From NCBI GenBank assembly GCA_002269645.1, contig NIVC01002664.1:53473-117472 (forward strand): a stretch of 64,000 bases of DNA, given 5' to 3'. Shown piece after piece: positions 60,437-64,000 of the stretch. A program made the position numbers and the translations under genes. Below the pieces are notes generated by a model that was not told the origin of the DNA, searched no databases, and saw only the letters and a list, made by a program, of their open reading frames with translations. Each line of letters starts with the position of its first letter. Position 1 is the stretch's first letter. Source of the DNA: Macrostomum lignano (taxonomy: Eukaryota).

Positions 60437-61249
60437 ACTTAGCACCGGACTAACTGTTTAACTTGCTCTGTCTGCTAAGCGAATCCTTCGAATCTTGATT
60501 TACCGAGTAAAACACTCCTAATTCCAACTATTGAATTGTTACCGCCCGGTTTTATTGTTAACTTCCCCGAACCCCAACTTGGCGGAAAAAATATATACGT
60601 TTCTGTGTTTATTTCTTTGAGTCAGTAGGAAAACGCTTTGATGACAAAATAAAAAACAACAGGCTTTTTAACCTGCAGCAAGCAACAAGCATCTTTAAAA
60701 TGGGTTAATTTTCTTTTGAGATTTTCGCTTTTGTATTTTTTGTTGAATTTTCTGATGCTCTCACGGCTACGACTATGAGGGATTGACAGATGAAGAACCC
60801 AATGATCTGGAACAGAAACGAATTAGAGGTACAACAATGAATTCTTTACACCATCTACATTATGGAGGCCTCATTACTTAAACCTCAGAACATTTTCGAG
60901 AAAGTCCCACGAGCAATCGGATACCAAAAGAAAGGAAATTTCGTCGTTTAGCTAGACGCAAAGCAACTGAACCGAAATTAGTGAGCCATTGCGGGTCTTC
61001 AACGATCGGCATGCTCATTCCGGTGATAGCTCACAACCCATGCTCGCTTGCACACGCTAAGGCGTCTTATGTTAACCCATTTTAATTACACATTTATCAG
61101 TTCTCTTGTTGTATTTGAAAGATCATTTTTAACAGCATTGATTTGGTTTTCACGGGCGCGTGCCGAACCGGCTTTACTGATCAGCTCAGGTGCAGTCTCG
61201 CTTCATATTTACCTACCATTAATTGGGACAGTACGCGCGGGGGCGTCTG

Positions 61250-61680
61250 TAAGGCGACGCAGGACCCGAGGCCACAAGACGGAAGTTGGGTGGACCAGCG
61301 GCTTGTGGTCCGTAAATGCCTGACTGCCAGGTACAACGCGAGCAGCTCGCGGTCTAAGGCGCTGTACTTCTGCTCGAACGAGTGGGAGTTGCGGGCAAAA
61401 GAAGTCAAGCAACTTTCAGGCATCGCCAACAATTCGCTGCTCGAGTGCCGCGCCGACCACGATGTCTGAAGCCTCCGAGGCGTCTACCCAGCCGCTTTGA
61501 CCGGTCGGCTCGGGCGATGTGGGGCACGAAACGGTGGTAGATGGTGGCCCTTGATGGTGGCTGGCGGTGGAACCAGAGCGATGGCGTCGAACATCGCGGC
61601 CAGGCGCTGGAGCAGCGTACGCAGATTCTGTAGCGATGCGACAAATACGCGCTCTCCTTACCAGCCTCCAGCTCAATTTC
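61250..61680 (-). mobile_element. Ty3/Gypsy RT-RNase H remnant
   Basis: DASEASDIVVGAALEQ, EQKYSALDRELLALYLAVRH and FTDHKPL motifs lie in different frames. Confidence 0.85.
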
Positions 61681-62059
61681 TAAGAAAACCGACTGTGTAG
61701 CATCATTCCAACTCAGTTGTCCATGAACCAAACTTTGACAATTTGGAACTTCTGCTGGAAAGTGAAAAAATTCGTGTTTCACTATATACAATACAAGAAA
61801 CGAACTTCCACTCAAGTCTAAACAAGGTTAATCGTGTTGAAGTTCCCGATCTTTCTAATACACCCTTGTCCTCGGCCTGATGGTATTGTATCATTCAGGT
61901 CGAAAGAAAAATCGCTAGCGACGCGGAAAGCCGGCGGGCCAGCCTCATAAATCACTGCATGGCAACCTGGGCCTGGCTGTGTCTATTTTTGTCGAAGAAA
62001 ACCAAATTACGGAGAGACAGAGAGACAGTGGGCGGCAGAGGAGTGTTGAGCATATTTCG

Positions 62060-62520
62060 AGCAGAAGTAACAACTATTGGGGTTCTTTTTAGACGCGTCT
62101 CTAATTACTAGGTTGCGGAGTCTTATATAAGCTTGCTAAAGATTTTTTTCACTGATCCAGGCGTGATTTCTCTAGTTCAAATGTGGAGTGATTTTCCGCG
62201 CCGAATGTCTTGATCAGGCTATGGGAAAATTTGATGAAAGAACAGGACATGCTATAGCCTTAGTGTGCAACGGTTGACTCTGCTTAACCTGATATATGGT
62301 CTGGCTAATCCTGTTAGCGAGATGAAATACTGCCAGGAAAGTTGGATCAAAAGGCAAGCTTTCTTCAACGTGTCTTCACAGATCTGTCTAATCAAGAGCT
62401 TATTTCACAGAAGGCTGAGTGTAACACCTTAAAAAAGGGTTTAGAAGGCCGGTTGTCGTGAGTTCATACCTACCTTTGAGAGGCTTCTAGTTCCGATGTG
62501 TTAATTTTTTGTCTACTGTA
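62060..62520 (+). mobile_element. Possible CR1/L2-type LINE 3' remnant
   Basis: Broken motifs resembling LG(V)LF, LDxAxPIWS, LQRVFT and LPT. Confidence 0.3.
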
Positions 62521-63544
62521 AGCCAAAATCTCGTCTGGCTTAATCCTCAAGTTAGAACTCTATTTTAGATACACGGTGTGACAGTGCAAGGGTAAAGCGT
62601 TTAAGGGGGCTGGTTTACCAGATTCACCTAATTCGCTACTCCCATTAAACACACACAACACTCGCATACCAACTCTGTAAACCAGCCCAGAGTATAACAC
62701 TATTTAAACTAAATTTAAACATTTTCTGACGCGATACACATTTCAAAGTCAAGAGAGAAAAATATACATCGAAAAAAGCAATTTTCAGAAATCGTACCAG
62801 TCAAGGTGAATGTATATGCAGTCGTCGAGCGTTTCTCTGTGCAGTTTGAACGTAGTCGACTTGATGCGCCAAACCTGCTCATATTTCAACAATGATCTGA
62901 CGGACAGGCAGACAGAACGGCAGACAGATTCAATTAGCTAAAGTGAACCTGCAGATCTGCCACCCCTATAGTCTGAATCTGCTTGAATCCATGCACTTTT
63001 ACCAGGTACCCTGAATGGGACCCCCGCTTTCTGTCTCCTATTCGTGATTAAGCAGAGTTAACTCAGGTGTAACTGTAAGTCACCATGGCTCTTCTTAGGT
63101 CCAGCTACAATGGAAACGGAGCTGAGGCATCAGACTTTAAAAAAAGAAAAGGTAGCAGCAGTGATGAAGAAAAGGAAGGAAGAGATCGTGAAATTTTCGA
63201 TGATTGGCATGGGATTTTTTTCAGCACGCATGGCCCACCATAAGCTGAAGCGTCTGGAGAGGCATGGGTCATACAGCTGAAGTAGAATGACGCTCACCGG
63301 TTTTCTTAGAAATGAGGCGGAGGAACGCATATTTATCGTATCGCGAGTGCATGACCCATTGCCAGTGCAGGTTATATGAAGCGCGAGAATTCAAGTGCCA
63401 AGGTTACGAGTTCGCGTAACCATATTGATAATTGAATTTATCTATGGTTGAAATAGCAGGAAAGGAAATGACGAGTGCACACTCCTGTCTATGGCCAGTC
63501 CCATTCGATACATTGGCCAAGAAGTACGAGCGTAGCTCTCAGAA

Positions 63545-63935
63545 GTAGAAGCGACTCTCAGAATCTCACTCTCTGCAGACTCTCTCAGAATCTCACTCTC
63601 TGCAGCACTCTCAGAATCTCACTCTGAAATTCAGAATCTTACTCTCTGCAGACTCTCTCAGAATCTCACTCTCTGCAGTCACTCTCTGAAATTCAGAATC
63701 TTACTCTCTGCAGCCACTCTCAGAATCTTACTCTCTGCAGTCACTCTCAGAATCTCACTCTCTGCAGTCACTCTTAGAATTTCACTCTCTGCAGTCACTC
63801 TCAGAATCTCACTCTCTGCAGTCACTCTCAGAATCTCACTCTCTCCAGTCACTCTTAGAATGTCAGTCTCTCCAGTCACTCTCAGAATCTCACTCTCTGC
63901 AGTCACTCTCTGAAATTCAGAATCTCACTCTCAGA
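63545..63935 (+). repeat. 27-bp minisatellite (CTCTCAGAATCTCACTCTCTGCAGTCA)
   Basis: Direct inspection. Confidence 0.92.
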
Positions 63936-64000
63936 GTCTAAATAACAAAGAGCGAAAGCTCGTTAACAAGCAATTTAATTGAACTTGAAAGCATTGAAGT

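Overview
Eukaryotic (animal, probably invertebrate) genomic window. It has GC-rich spliced exons, and most introns carry micro- or minisatellites. The style is reminiscent of the flatworm Macrostomum, but that is inference only. Most long ORFs in the supplied track are repeat artefacts. Genes reconstructed by hand from GT-AG junctions: (1) a CXorf65/C22orf15-like gene (minus strand, 4 exons seen, runs off the left edge); (2) a 115-aa secreted Cys-rich peptide precursor (10.7-12.5 kb); (3) a 5-exon ZNRF3/RNF43-like PA-TM-RING ligase (22.5-30.2 kb); (4) an unidentified multi-exon minus-strand gene (35.4-42.4 kb); (5) an M1AP-like gene (47.3-51.3 kb); (6) a secreted protein of about 1,370 aa built from about 28 FN1/VWC-like 4-Cys modules (51.9-56.8 kb); (7) a 92-aa secreted peptide precursor (60.2 kb). 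The main finding is two diverged Crypton-like tyrosine-recombinase elements with intact-looking catalytic residues (0.3-2.3 kb and 17.3-19.2 kb). Each is bracketed by the same directly repeated 25-bp site (CCATAGACAnnnnCAwTyyTGCACG) and carries accessory TCCTGCACG boxes at conserved spacing. The CCATAGAC core occurs 14 times in the window, sometimes as inverted pairs that may bound non-autonomous elements. The second major finding is a 1.67-kb zone with no CpG (43.4-45.0 kb) and a CpG-poor zone near 46-47 kb. Relic copies of neighbouring sequence there differ mainly by CpG/CpA-type transitions. Remnants of Tc1, Gypsy, LINE and a tRNA-derived SINE are also present.
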